NCBI GenBank assembly: GCA_951406725.2
Contig: OX597819.1
Span: 40,052,001 to 40,116,000 of the forward strand
DNA length: 64,000 nt
From: Octopus vulgaris
Lineage: Eukaryota
Direction of reading: 5' to 3'
Shown: positions 39,866-52,885 of the stretch, one piece after another
Position numbering within the stretch: position 1 is the first letter of the stretch
Layout: every line of letters starts with the position of its first letter
The notes under the pieces: model-generated
What the model was told of the DNA's origin: nothing
The model's input: only the letters and a program-made list of their open reading frames with translations
Database searches by the model: none
Position numbers and translations under genes: made by a program

Positions 39866-41593
39866 TAAATTACGTCATAAAGCTGGTACCACCACACTTT
39901 CAAGTAAGATCTGGGAACTCAAAAATAATAACAGGAATTATAACCTTAATTGGGAAATAGTTAGGAGAGCAATGCCGTATAAAAATAACAGGGTTGGTTG
40001 CCAACTCTGCTCCATGGAGACCTATGAGATTCTAAGGCATAGAAAAAATAGAGGTTTGTTAAATAACCATATTGAAGTAGGTCAAGTTTGTGTCCACGCT
40101 AAATTGAAGACTCTAAAATATTTTAAATGAATAACTGTATAGCATAATCGTAACAAGATAGATAGATAGATATAGCTGGGTTTTTACTAGTATAGCATTA
40201 CTTTAATTTTTAAGTAGATAACTGCGAGTTCTCACACTATAGTTATCTTTTTCTTTATAACTGCACCTGATTTTGAGCACAAGGAAATAAATAGTACTTG
40301 TACGTTGCTTAAATGAAGTTTTATTTAATTTTAAATCTTAATTTTTAATTTTTAATTTTGAATTTAATCTAATTTAAGTAACACAACTTTAATAAAATAA
40401 GTTACTTAGGCTTCATAATTCTTTTACAAAATTAAATAAGTAAGGCTACTCCCTTGAAAAGTAGTATGAGAAATTTCAAAATAATAGACAATTCCATCAC
40501 ACCTTGTAAACTAATCTTCTAAGTTTTGACCTGTAGTCTGTCAATGTATAGATAGTAACGGCAACAATTTAAGACAGTAACAGGAATAAATAAATAAATA
40601 AATTTAAATGACCTCTTGTTAGGATTGCACTTAGATTTTTTCTCTTAATGTATTTCCTTTTGATGATAGCCTTTGACCCCTCTACCCCTGACCTTGTTAT
40701 CTCTTTAGATTCTCTTTAGATTCATATCTGCTTTCAACTACGTCAGGTTGGCAATAAATAGCTGTTTTACTGGTCAAAAATAATATTCTCCTTATAGTTC
40801 CTGGATTCTTGCAAATTTAAGCCAGCCAGGCCGTCTACAAATTCTTCTGTGTAGTATGTCACTTTAGAACCCCCTTCCCTCCAAGTTGTCATAGTATACT
40901 CTATGTGGGCGTTTTTTCTTTTCTCCCTTCTTTCCCTTTTTTCTTTCCCCTTTTTCTTTTTCTTTTTCTTCTTTTTTTCTTCTTTCTTTTTTCTTTTTTC
41001 TTTTTTCTTTTCCTTTTTTCTTTTTCTTTTTCCTTTTTCTTTTTTCTTTTTCCCTTTCCTTGTCTCTTTTCTTCTCTTTCCTTTCTTTTCTTTTCTTTGC
41101 TCCACAAAAATTCCTTCAGCCTTTAGAAGTCATAACTTAGCAGTCTTGTGAAAAGAACAGTAATGTGGCAAATACCTTATCATATAGCATGAAATGATAC
41201 CCACCTCATTGTGGATTAACCATGGATAAATTCATCGTCTGTGAGTATGAAATTCCTCCTCATATCTCTGGAAATTTACATCTACACTACGGATTAATTC
41301 ACCTTCTCTGTGAAGCTAATAAGCTTTTTTTAAAAACCTGTGATAAGACTGTGCATCATCATTAAGGAACTTTGGAAATCTGTTTACAACCTAAATCTGC
41401 TTTTAATGAAATTATCTCCAATACTTCATGAGTATAGCCTCACCCACTAAGATGTTTGGAGAACTCATATGTATTTTAGCTGATGAGTACGGGACACTTT
41501 TATCTGCTGCAATTTTTGCAACTTTTAATAAAGCCTGTCTTTGTATGAAACAATTGTACTAAAAACTAATCCATTCTTGTTGCTTCATTCTCG

Positions 41594-41594
<1 letters not shown>
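39866..41594 (+). mobile_element. Penelope-like element 3' end: GIY-YIG C-terminus and pseudo-LTR
   Basis: TTLSSKIWELKNNNRNYNLNWEIVRRAMPY..CQLCSMETYEIL..LLN..CVH (ORF 39834-40130) is a typical Penelope endonuclease C-terminus; it ends in (TA)n. Confidence 0.88.
41474..41564 (+). ncRNA. Type I hammerhead ribozyme with canonical core and long stem II
   Basis: Stem I UUUUAG (41474-79) with CUAAAA (41559-64); CUGAUGA (41480-86); stem II GUAC..GUAU; GAAAC-AAUU-GUA with predicted cleavage after 41558. Confidence 0.82.
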
Positions 41595-41624
<30 letters not shown>

Positions 41625-41804
41625 GTATACTACTACTACAACCACCGTGGTCACTGTTGCTACGGCCACAGTGAGAGAATTATAATAATGGAGGTGGGGC
41701 GAATTACAATTTCTCAGATCCTTAAACAGTCACTCACGCTGACAGTGATATGTCTTAGGGAAGGAAAAATTTATAAAAAGATCTCTCTCTACGAGCAGAT
41801 CTAA

Positions 41805-42142
41805 TCCTGATTCCTCAAAAAACTGATGACGTATTACCTCAGTGGTCAAGCTATTGTCACCCTGCTTGGTCGGTTTCCCCACACGATACAGCTATGGGTC
41901 AGACCCGATTCTGATTGGTCAAAACATTGATGACGTCTCGTTCTGCTGGACTAGCCACCTAACAGGATACAGTCATGGGTCAGATCTAATTTCGATTCGT
42001 CAAAAAAATGATGACGTATTTCTTCCGTTGCCAAACTGTCGTTCCGCTTGGTTGGTTTCCTAACACGATACAGTTAGGAGTCTTTTCACTATATTCGTTG
42101 AGACTGGGTTTTGATTGGTTTGGAACTATATGACGTCAGTGA
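41805..42142. promoter_or_regulatory. Four degenerate ~80-120-bp-spaced units, each with a (T/C)GATT(G/C)G box followed by ATGACGT (CCAAT-like and CRE/ATF-like)
   Basis: ctgattcctc..tgatgacgt (41807), ctgattggtc..tgatgacgt (41911), tcgattcgtc..tgatgacgt (41992) and ttgattggtt..atgacgtca (42111). The repeat is real; function is unproven. Confidence 0.4.
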
Positions 42143-42315
42143 AAAGTGCAAGTGACCACAGCTTAGCTGAGCTGATATAAATCCAACAATCACAAAATTC
42201 ACCAAAATTATGCGAGCAGACACCGACCAAAAATCATTACTGTTGCTCCCATTGGAACACAAGGTAAAATCTAAAATGAACTCCTCGCCTTTCCAAGAAC
42301 ATGAATTTCTTATTT

Positions 42316-42498
42316 TTGACTCTATTGAATGTATGTCACAATTATGAACTACTACATCATACTCTTTAAACATATAGCATGGACTCTCTTTATTATATAT
42401 GAATTTTTTATATTTGACTCTATTGAATATATGTCACAATTATTAACTATTACATCATACTCTTTAAACATATAGCATGGACTCTCTTTATTATATAT
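42316..42498. repeat. Tandem duplication of a ~97-bp unit
   Basis: tttgactctattgaat..ggactctctttattatatat occurs twice. Confidence 0.9.
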
Positions 42499-42615
42499 AA
42501 TTTTTTTTATAAGGTTCGTCATTTCAAGAACCGAAACATGTTAAATTAAAATTTGTCTAATATAGCAGCATTTTCAAACTTCATATATACCCACTCGTAT
42601 ACGAGTTAATCTTAT

Positions 42616-43333
<718 letters not shown>

Positions 43334-44920
43334 CCACCACTCACCACTTGTATCTCCCCGGAGGTAGCTCCGCTGGCCACTACTGCCCGACGTCTATCCT
43401 TCAGAAAGTCGTGCAGCCACTCTCTAAGTTTTCTGCCCACACCAAGACCACGCAGTTTGTGACATATCATACCGCTGTCGACTTTATCAAAGTCTTCTGC
43501 AAAGTCAAAATATATCACATCCACACTTGAATCATTTCGCAGCTGTCTCAACACCCAGTTGCAGTACTGCAAGGGCTGTGTTAGACAGCTTCCACCTGGT
43601 CGAAATCCATGCTGAGCGCCAGTCAGCAAGTCATTTTCTTCAAGGAACGTGATTAGCTTCCTGCAGACCATTCATTCCATGACTTTGCTGATGTGCGAGG
43701 TCTGAGAGATAGCCCTATAGCTTTTAGCATCTGCTCTGCCTCCTCCCCGACAGATAGAGCACGCTATCCCCTCCTTAAGCTCATCCGGAAGCCTACCATC
43801 CACAAGAAAGCTCTGAAAAAGAAGCTGCAGTGGGTCATCAAGTGCTCGCCAGCACAACACGAGAAGGACCGCTAAAAATCCACCAGGGCAAGCAGCTGAG
43901 TCCACATCTACCCCCACCCATGGCCAGCGCTACATCTTTTTCCTCAATGTTGATGTACTCAATTTTCGTCTCTTTGGTTACAGGTAAAGTGGCAACGAAT
44001 TCTGTTGGTTTGTTCATTTGCCTATGTCCCAGAGGTGTAGTGAACACACTTTGGAACTGTTCGTTCAGTATTTCACTTATCATCATGGGGTTTCCTCTGA
44101 GGAAGCCATCTCCCCGGAAGAGGTGTACCACCCACCCTCCGACGCACTGAGGCCGCCTCTTTGGCATACTTAAAAACTTTGAGGTTCAACTTGATGTTTT
44201 CTATAACCAAAGCTTTTTTTATCTGCTCTCTCCTTCTCATGAGACTGATGCAGACTTGACTTTTTTCAATCTCCAATAACGTTCTCTGCAGGTGAGACTT
44301 CCCACTACTTTTGGGGTGCTTGCTCAGACGGTTCACAATCTTTGTCCGTCGTCTCATAAGAATCTTCCTTTTCCTAGGAATCCTGTTTTTGTGTATGTTA
44401 ACCCCTGCACAATGGGACATATTTGTCATATATGGCTTGTTTTATCGACATTAAATGCTTGCTTTATGTCAATGTCTGGTGTGGAGAGACATTTAGGCCA
44501 ATCCTGTTTGATGATCTCTCTTCCAATCAATTTCCAATTTGCTTTATGAAAATTTAGTTTGGAGAGACTGTGGGTGCTTCGCATAGGCTGCATGTCTGCA
44601 GGGGTTTTTGGTCCACACATAGACAGCTGCACCATATTGTGATCCGAGACCAGTGTCGGCATCACTCTAACACCATGGATAATGTCCTTGTTGTTTGTGA
44701 AGCAGAGATCCAGTATATTATTTGCCCTAGTTGATTGCAGCACAATCTGCTCCATGAAAGAAGCATTGGGAAGGTGGAGCCAGGACTCTGCCTGTGCCAG
44801 CTGGTGGTGTTTTATTCCTGAGAGCATCTGGCCCTCGGCCACCCCACACTGGAGAAGTTAATGTCACCCAAAAGGAATACACTGATGTGTTGTTCCAGTT
44901 TGGTGAGAATTTCTATCTTG
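43334..44920 (-). mobile_element. CR1-group LINE ORF2 fragment (end of endonuclease to mid-RT), frameshifted
   Basis: [51 protein letters not shown] and [10 protein letters not shown] motifs. Confidence 0.88.
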
Positions 44921-45856
44921 GAGTCGATGTAATCGACATATCCTCTCCCCTGAAACTGCTGACATTGTGCTAAAATTTGAAACCAATATTATTCGATTTT
45001 TACGGGAAACTGTGCCACTCGTGACATCCGTTTACAATTAGTGTTAGGGAAAATAGTTGCACCAGTCACTATACTTGTCTCCCTTAGTGAACAGAGTTAC
45101 TTCCCTTCAATGTAAATAAATTTTGTTGCGACACAAATTTGAGTTCATTTTCAGCGTTTTTTTGACTTCTCCTTAGAGAAGACATACGTAATTTCCTTGT
45201 GCCTAATGGTGAAACAATTAGTCTTGGCATTTTTAATGTCAAAAATAAATTATTTAATACTGTGTCAGGCTTGTACGAATATTCTATTGAATTCTCATTC
45301 TGATATGTTTGTAAAACAGTTACCTCTTAAAAAAGGAATATTTTTCACATACTGTACAAAGATATCGTAGCGTGGCCCCAAAGCCACGCTAAAATTTACT
45401 ATAGATTTTATATTAAATTGTAACGCTGCATAGGGACCACTCTGTCCCTCCAAAAGCAGTACAGTATTTTCACTCTGATGAAATTTCAGACGTAATGACT
45501 AATAAAGCCGGTACATAATGTCTAGTTCTAAAAAGTTCAACAGAGCAGATGAGATGATACTTTATTGTAGTTATCTTTCCTTGTTCAATAAATCGATGTC
45601 CGTTCCTCACGTAGATAAATTTAGTCAAGAATACAATATATCATGCCTCCCGTTTGTTATGTTCAACTCCAACAGCATCTTGAGACATTAAACTCTGCTT
45701 CGATCCTCGTCATCATCACCATTTAACGTCTGTTTTCCATGCTGACATGAGTCGGATGGTTTGACAGGAACCGATCAGAAGACTTAAAATGGTTTACACT
45801 GTTTATCAAAGACTTAAAATCATGCTGTGATTGTTGTTTATATAAAAAAAAGAAAA

Positions 45857-46281
45857 TTAGCAGTATAGCCCGGCGTAGCTCGGGTTTGTTTTTTTAGTTG
45901 CACTTAATTCTTTTCGACCCTTTAGAATTGGAATTTTTGAAAAGTAAAAATTTTGCATTATGTAGCTTGTTATTCTCTTTAAGTGAACATTTTTCTGGTT
46001 GAAATACACCGAAAAATGGCGACACAGCAGTCAAAAAATCGTAAAAAATGGGGATTTTCAAAGAAAAAAAAGCACCTTTTTGATGTAAATAACTTTTGGT
46101 GTTAACATGGTCCGATTTGAATTTTTTTTTTTTTTCTACGGAAGGAAGAGCAAGCCTTCTTCTATCATACTCTCAATTTTGGTCAACTTGTGCCGCAGGG
46201 TCTCAGAGGAGATAGTGTTAGTTGAAGCCTACCAAACCTGCCACACTCACACAGACAACTTCAGCTTTATATATAGAGAGA
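45857..46281 (-). mobile_element. Non-autonomous Helitron, same family as 11042-11437
   Basis: Shares both termini: a 5' TC start and a 3' hairpin cccgagctacgccggg followed by CTAA. Confidence 0.75.
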
Positions 46282-46998
46282 TTATTATGATTCTGTAGCA
46301 AAGTTGTCTCACATTGATGACAGAATTTAAAATTTGTGATGCTGAAGCCTTTTCAAAGAGCTTTAAGAATGTAAATATTCATGAGAATTGAAATCTAACA
46401 AGAAACTCAGTCCACAAAGACTATGCTTCCATATTACAGCATTCATCCCTTAAGATATATCATCATGATATTATTTAAATTATTAAAACTCAAAGCAGAG
46501 ACTGGCAAAAGCAATAAAGTTTCAGCATCTGGATTTTAGCATTCCAAGTTCGAATCCTGCTAAGGTCAACTTTGCCTTTAAACCTTTCAGGGTTAATAAA
46601 ATAACTATCACCTAAGGACCAGGAGTTACTGCAGTCAACTAATGCCCTCCCAATTTTCCATGAAGCTCCGATAATGTTTGATAAAAAGCAGACAGATGGA
46701 CAAACACTTATGAAAACTTCAAGGCGTCTTTTTGTGTCGATACTTGTTTTCATTTCATTAATTTTTCAATATAACTTATTTTTAACTGTATCAAGGTGTA
46801 GGCATAGCTCTGTGGTTAAAAAGTTAGCAATTTCATGGTTTTTAGGTTGTCCTACTGTGTAGTACCTTTTGTGAGCATTTACTATAATCGATGTCTACTG
46901 TGAAACTGGTAGACAGAAACTGCAAGAAAGCCTGTTTTGTCTATGTAGGTGTATGTATATTATATATATATATATATATATACCTACATACACACATA

Positions 46999-47048
<50 letters not shown>

Positions 47049-47295
47049 GAAGTTGAGGTTATAAGAGATAATGGTGTCATTGAGACCCAAAGGTGTCAGG
47101 TAATGTTGAATAAGTGCTATAGACAGACCATAGTTAAGTTCCACATTCGGTAATATTATGAATAAAGGGTTCAACATTGGTTCTATGTCAGCGTGTGTAT
47201 ATAAGAATTTTTTGAGTAATAAGATATATATATATAGCCTTGGTTTTTTTATTTTATTAAGCAAAAAATTATTTTATATATATATATAGATATAT

Positions 47296-47330
<35 letters not shown>

Positions 47331-47519
47331 CAGGGCATTAAGCCATAGAAACCAATTCAAAATACAATGTACAAGCAAGGTGTGATCCTCCAACTTATGA
47401 GGGTGTGGTGCCCAATAATAACTTGAGCCATATTTGTCCAATCCATGCCAGCATGGAAAGCAGACATAAAGTGATTACATGTGTGTGTGTTCATGCTTAT
47501 TCAGAGATGTAATTATTAA

Positions 47520-47742
47520 CCCTTTAGCATTCAGATAACTTTGTCAAATGTAATGCTTATTTTTTATTCATAACATTTTGAATTAATCATACATTACCTT
47601 GCAGCTTTGAGATTTGAATGATGTGATTGTACAATTTCAGAATGACATTGTAAGATAAGTGCAAGATGCTGGATCTGACCAGTCTGAACATAAAACAGGT
47701 AGAACATTTGGGTTGGATATGGATGGTTTAAATGCTAAAGGG
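47520..47742. mobile_element. piggyBac-type MITE
   Basis: TTAA|ccctttagcatt ... aatgctaaaggg|TTAA; a diverged partial copy lies at ~58880-59050. Confidence 0.85.
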
Positions 47743-47760
47743 TTAAATACCCCCAGTATA

Positions 47761-49094
47761 CTAGGTGGTATCAAAAAGTTACCAGACTAGTTCTGCAGCG
47801 CACCAATAGGTGGCAGCATACAGTTGTGTGTGCAGTGAATGCTAGCAGTGACCTTTGTGAGGCAGTGTGCCAAGAGACATCAGTATGTTTATTGTGCAAG
47901 TTGTGAAATTTGTGTCTTTTTTTATCACATATATGCTGTAATCTGCAGTTTATGCCATAGACAGGAAGTTGGAACAAAAAGCCGTGAAATTTTGCATTAA
48001 ATTTGTGAAGTTAGCTACAGAGACGCTGAGCATGCTTCAGCAAGCTTACAATGATGCAGTACATTGTGCATAATGTTTCGAGTGGCACGGGCGCTTCAAA
48101 TGGCACAACAGAGCCACAGCTCAATCAAGAGCATGCTCATTTGTTTTTTGACATTGAGAATTCATCCCCCAGAGTCAGACAATCAATCAAGAGTTCAACT
48201 GTGATATTTGGAAGCATTTGAAGGAGGACATTTGGCAAAAGTGACAGGATCTGTGGAGGGTGAAAAATTGGATTCTTCGCGACAATATACACCGTCACCG
48301 AGCACCTCACACTAGCAAGTTTCTCACCAAAACCAGCGCAGGAGTGGCTGTGTGGTAAGTAGCTTGCTTACCAACCACATGGTTCGAGGTTCAGTCCCAC
48401 TGTGTGGCACCTTGGGCAAGTGTCTTCTACTATAGTCTCGGGCTGACCAAAGCCTTGTGAGTGGATTTGGTAGACGGAAACTGAAAGAAGCCCGTTGTAT
48501 ATATGTATATATATATATGTGTGCATGTATGTTTGTGTTTGTCCCCCTAGCATTGCTTGACAACCGATGCTGGTGTGTTTATGTCCCCATCACTTAGTGG
48601 TTCGGCAAAAGAGACCGATAGAATAAGTACTGGGCTTACAAAGAATAAGTCCCGGGGTCGAGTTGCTCGACTAAAGGTGGTGCTCCAGCATGGCCGCAGT
48701 CAACTGACTGAAACAAGTAAAAGAGTAAAGAGTAGAGTATATATATATATATGTATGTATATGTAAATATCTGATACTTCTGAATATTAATATTAATATC
48801 CTATTGCTTCCGCACTTGCCCTATTCACCAGGTTTAGCACCTGCAAACTTCCATCTCTTCCTCAAGATGAAAACGCAACTCAAAGGTCATTGTTCTAACA
48901 CCATTGTTGAGATCCAGAGCAAATTGCAGGTCCTCAACTCACTTATGAAAAACATCTTCCAGACTAGATTCCAAAAGTGACAGGCATGGGGGTACCGGTG
49001 TATTGCTGTGCAAGGTGACTATTTCAAAGGAGACAATGCTAAAACCTGTTATTTTTTTATTAAACTAGTCTGGGAATTTTTTGAAGCCACCTCG
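47761..49094 (+). mobile_element. Decayed mariner element with TIRs and TA TSD, interrupted by a SINE
   Basis: TIRs ctaggtggtatcaaaaagttaccagactag and ctagtctgggaattttttgaagccacctcg; remnants EQKAVKFCIK..FEWHGRFK and PYSPGLAPANFHLFLKMK. Confidence 0.8.
48336..48735 (+). mobile_element. Full-length CORE-like tRNA-derived SINE
   Basis: gcgcaggagtggctgtgtggtaag..ggttcagtcc..ccttgggcaagtg..cagcatggccgcagtc..ctgaaacaagtaaaagag. Confidence 0.88.
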
Positions 49095-49179
49095 TATTTC
49101 GTTTAAGTGTCTGTAAATGTACCAGCATAACATCAACTACTTCCTCCATATGGGTTACTCTAAGGTAGATTAATATGTA

Positions 49180-49394
49180 CAAGGAGGTGTTGAAAGGTTC
49201 CTGGCTTTAAGGTATCATGAAAGGCCTGATTGGAGGCCCAACCTTCTAAGTTCTTTTATAGGGCTTAGAAAAACTGAAGGACTGCTGCAATAGGTGTGTG
49301 AATCTGAGAGGGGAATATGTTGAATAAAATCATAATTAACTGATCCTCCTGATTTCTCTTTTACCTAAAGTCAGGTACTTTTCAGTACCCCTTG
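49180..49394. mobile_element. Mariner-type MITE
   Basis: TA|caaggaggtgttgaaaggttcctggcttta ... taaagtcaggtacttttcagtaccccttg|TA. Confidence 0.75.
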
Positions 49395-50899
49395 TATATG
49401 TACATACATTTATGAGTCTGTGTGTGTAGAGAGAGAAAGAGATGTCGGGTGCTACAGCTCATTGCTATAAAGAAGAGAGATGTTATACATGATATAATTT
49501 AAAGTTCGATGCTGTCTTGCAATGTTGAGTTCAAACTCTGACATATAAATTACTTATTATCAAATAAACTTAATGATGTAAGACAAAAACAACACTGACT
49601 GGTTGATGAGAATGACAAGAATTACTTTCGAGTCATCTTTATTAGCAATACCATTAAAAAGTGAAACAAGATGAACCCTTTTAAAAACCTCAAATCTGTG
49701 TTTCACCAAAACAGGCACAGAAAACAAAGTAGATATGAAGTAACTTAGAAAATAATCCACTTATACATATTTACAGAGATTGAAACACAAGAGGAGCAAC
49801 ACACAACTGCACACACATCAATAGTTAGTCAGAGGGAAAGAAAGATACACACATACACACACACACACATATATATACACACACGCACACACATGCATGC
49901 ACGCACACACACGCATACTTCAAATACACCAGTTTTCAATTTGAATAAAAGCAGAATGGTCATTTTACTATATGAAATCCTCTTTCAAAAATGTCACCTG
50001 ATTATACAATGGAATGATGTATGGGAACAAAAAAATGTGGGCGCATTATGTAATATGTGGTTGCCACAAAGCAACCAACTTTGAGCAGGGGTGCGCAGGT
50101 GAAGCCTGACTGCAGTAAGATATAAAGAGTGCTGCACAGATTCATAGCAGTTGTTGTTGTTGTTACAGCATGAGAACAGAGAGAGAGAGAGAGCTGCTAA
50201 TAAATGTAATTAACACACAGAAGTAATTTTCTTAAATAAAAACAAAAACATTGAGAAATGAAAAGCATGACTGAGAATTACAGGCAGAGAAAAAGGAAAC
50301 ATTACTGACCATTTCAAATGAAAAAGAAACATTTGTTAGCATAAAAATAAAACAAATAGGAAAGAAAAAAAACGGCTTTAGTAATCAGCACAGAGAAAAA
50401 GAAAGCTTTAATAAATATAGAGAAGTTTCTTTAAATTTTTAATAACGAAAAAAAAAAATGTTGCAGTTTGAGATAAATAAAGGATGAAAAAAAAGTGGTT
50501 TTGAAAATAAAATGAAGAAAAAAAAATCGTAAATGGTGGTAAAAGAAACGAAAAATTATAAAGCCCAATGCAGTTCATCAACTGCTTTTGATAGCAGGGA
50601 GTGAATAATTTGTAGCTAAACATTTATGACTGTTAGCACTGTCCGTCACCAAAGTGGATCTTTGGAATCGTCTGTGACCATATTCCTCAAGCAGAAATAT
50701 TAATTCCCTCTTCTAGGTCTTCACTAATTGCAGATGAAGGTCAAGTTTGTTTTTCTGTTGGAATACAAAGATTATATTGTGAGTGAGAGGCATCAACTGT
50801 CTCGTCTTAACTGCAGCAGCAAAGGAATAAGCTAGCAGTCGCAGCAGTTCAAATCACTGAGAATTGAAAGGTTACCAGCTGGCCAAATAAGAGACAGAA

Positions 50900-51290
50900 A
50901 TACTTGACCAACTTTTGATTTATTATTTGACCTATTGATGGTCTAACAATTGACCAGTTGATATAACATTTAACCCATTTGATTATCAATTGTTTGACCA
51001 CTTGATGAGTGATCATTTGACCAAAAGATAGTCTCTATTTGACAAGCGATGACCAGTCATTTGATAATGTGTATTTGACCAAGTAATTATCTCTCATTTG
51101 CCCACTCGATGGTCTAACATCTAATATTAGAATATCAAGTGTTAATGACATCACGTTTAACCACTTGATGGTCTAAGCAATTAACTGATATATTGTTCAA
51201 CCAGTTGATAATCTCTATTTGACCAAGTGATATTCTGTTATTTGATCAGTTGATATCAATGGTCTGTATCTGACCAATTGATGATCTATT
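50900..51290. repeat. Old degenerate ~22-bp tandem repeat (tttgaccagttgat..)
   Basis: Recurrent ttgacca..tgat units with drifting spacers. Confidence 0.6.
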
Positions 51291-52176
51291 GTTGTGAATT
51301 ACTGAAACAGTTTAGGTTAGATGAATTACCTTGACATACAGAAGTAACTTTTGACCTAAACCACTGAACTACAAACATCTAAAGTCAACCAAAATTATCT
51401 GCAGAAGTGTTTCTTCTTCTGCAATGTAGAATACAGAGGGGAGGGGTCAAGAATAAAAAGTCAAGAGAGAGAGAGGCAGACAAGAAGGGAGAGGAAATAG
51501 AGTATGGGAAAGAATAAGGGAAAGACAAGTAAAATGTTAGGAGAGAAGCTAAGCTAGTCGAAAGGGAATAGAGTAGACTTATAAGGGATGAAAGAAGCCA
51601 TTAGTTAAAACTGAAATCTTAAAAGCATAAGAAACCAAGCTGAAATGGAGAAACAAAAGACTGCTCTCGTTAGAAGCACTCTAGCAGAAAAATCAGGAGC
51701 ATAGAGATGAAGGAGCTTTGTGTTCAGTTGTGCTTTAGCATTTATCACAGTGTATTAAATCAAACCTCGTTTCCCCTTTCACTCACTCACTCACACACCT
51801 TTAGCTGGAATAGCTAATAAATACAAGCAAGTCTATGTGAACATGCAAGCATGTGTATACAGATGCATAAGAATGTACACATAAAAGCTTTCTTATATGC
51901 TTTAAAATATATATATATATATATATATATACATACATTCACACACACATATATATTATACACACACACATACATTCCCTTTGTCTCTCACTCTCTCTCT
52001 TTCTCTCTCACATGTATATAGACATACAATTGCATGTAGACAAACATGTAGAGACAGAAGAAAGGGGTAGGTCTGCATATGTTTTAAATTAATCACGCCT
52101 CAAATCTGATGGAAACAATTTGCACACACACACACACACATACACACGTGTGTGTGTGTGTGCATGTGTGTGTGAA

Positions 52177-52215
<39 letters not shown>

Positions 52216-52821
52216 GTTTATGTGTTTGAGTGTATGTGTGTGAGAGAAAGAGAAAGAGAGAGTGCACATGTGCATGCATACATGTGAATGCACACATGTT
52301 GTGCATGCAAGTATATATTTGTGTGATTTCAGAGTTCAGTCCCTGCCCCTTCACATTAAAATGGCACCCTAAACCAAACTGCCACAATAATAGTTCTACA
52401 TCTCTAACAAATTTACAAGTCAACTCTTTCAAATACATTTGGGCTTTGTTGTTGTTATTTCTTTATCTGAAACTTTTTTTTTTTCTTCCATCAAATTCAC
52501 AAGTCTTTTCTTAATATCCAGCATTGCCTCCCATCATTTCCCTACTCCATGTTTCTTTCTATTTTTTTCCAAGTATTTACCATATTTACCATATTGTTTC
52601 GGTTTTCTTTTTATTGTTACCTTCTTCCAAAATTCCTTCACTGTGGCAAGAGATTTGATCAGTTCCTCAACAGCATTAAAAAAAAAAAGTTAAAAAAATA
52701 CAAATAAAACAATTACAGCTGTTTCCAAAATTCCAATGTCCACTGCTTGGAGAGAAAATCCACCTGCTATTTTGGTTTTTCTTTCTTTTTTTTCTTTCTT
52801 TCTGTTGTCTAAGTAGAGTTC

Positions 52822-52885
52822 TTAGCCTGTTGAGTTGCTTGGCTTTGTAATCACATTGTTGGTTGTCATGACGCGCAGTTCCCAC
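52822..52885 (-). CDS. Candidate terminal coding exon of an unidentified minus-strand host gene
   Basis: Acceptor ctcttactgtctgttacag precedes 52885, and the ~3 kb downstream lacks SINEs and looks UTR-like. Frame and identity are unknown. Confidence 0.25.

Noticed and set aside
41626-41640. (ACT)n resembling a Polinton terminus
   Set aside because: Wrong orientation relative to the adjacent sequence, and no matching TIR or Polinton genes.
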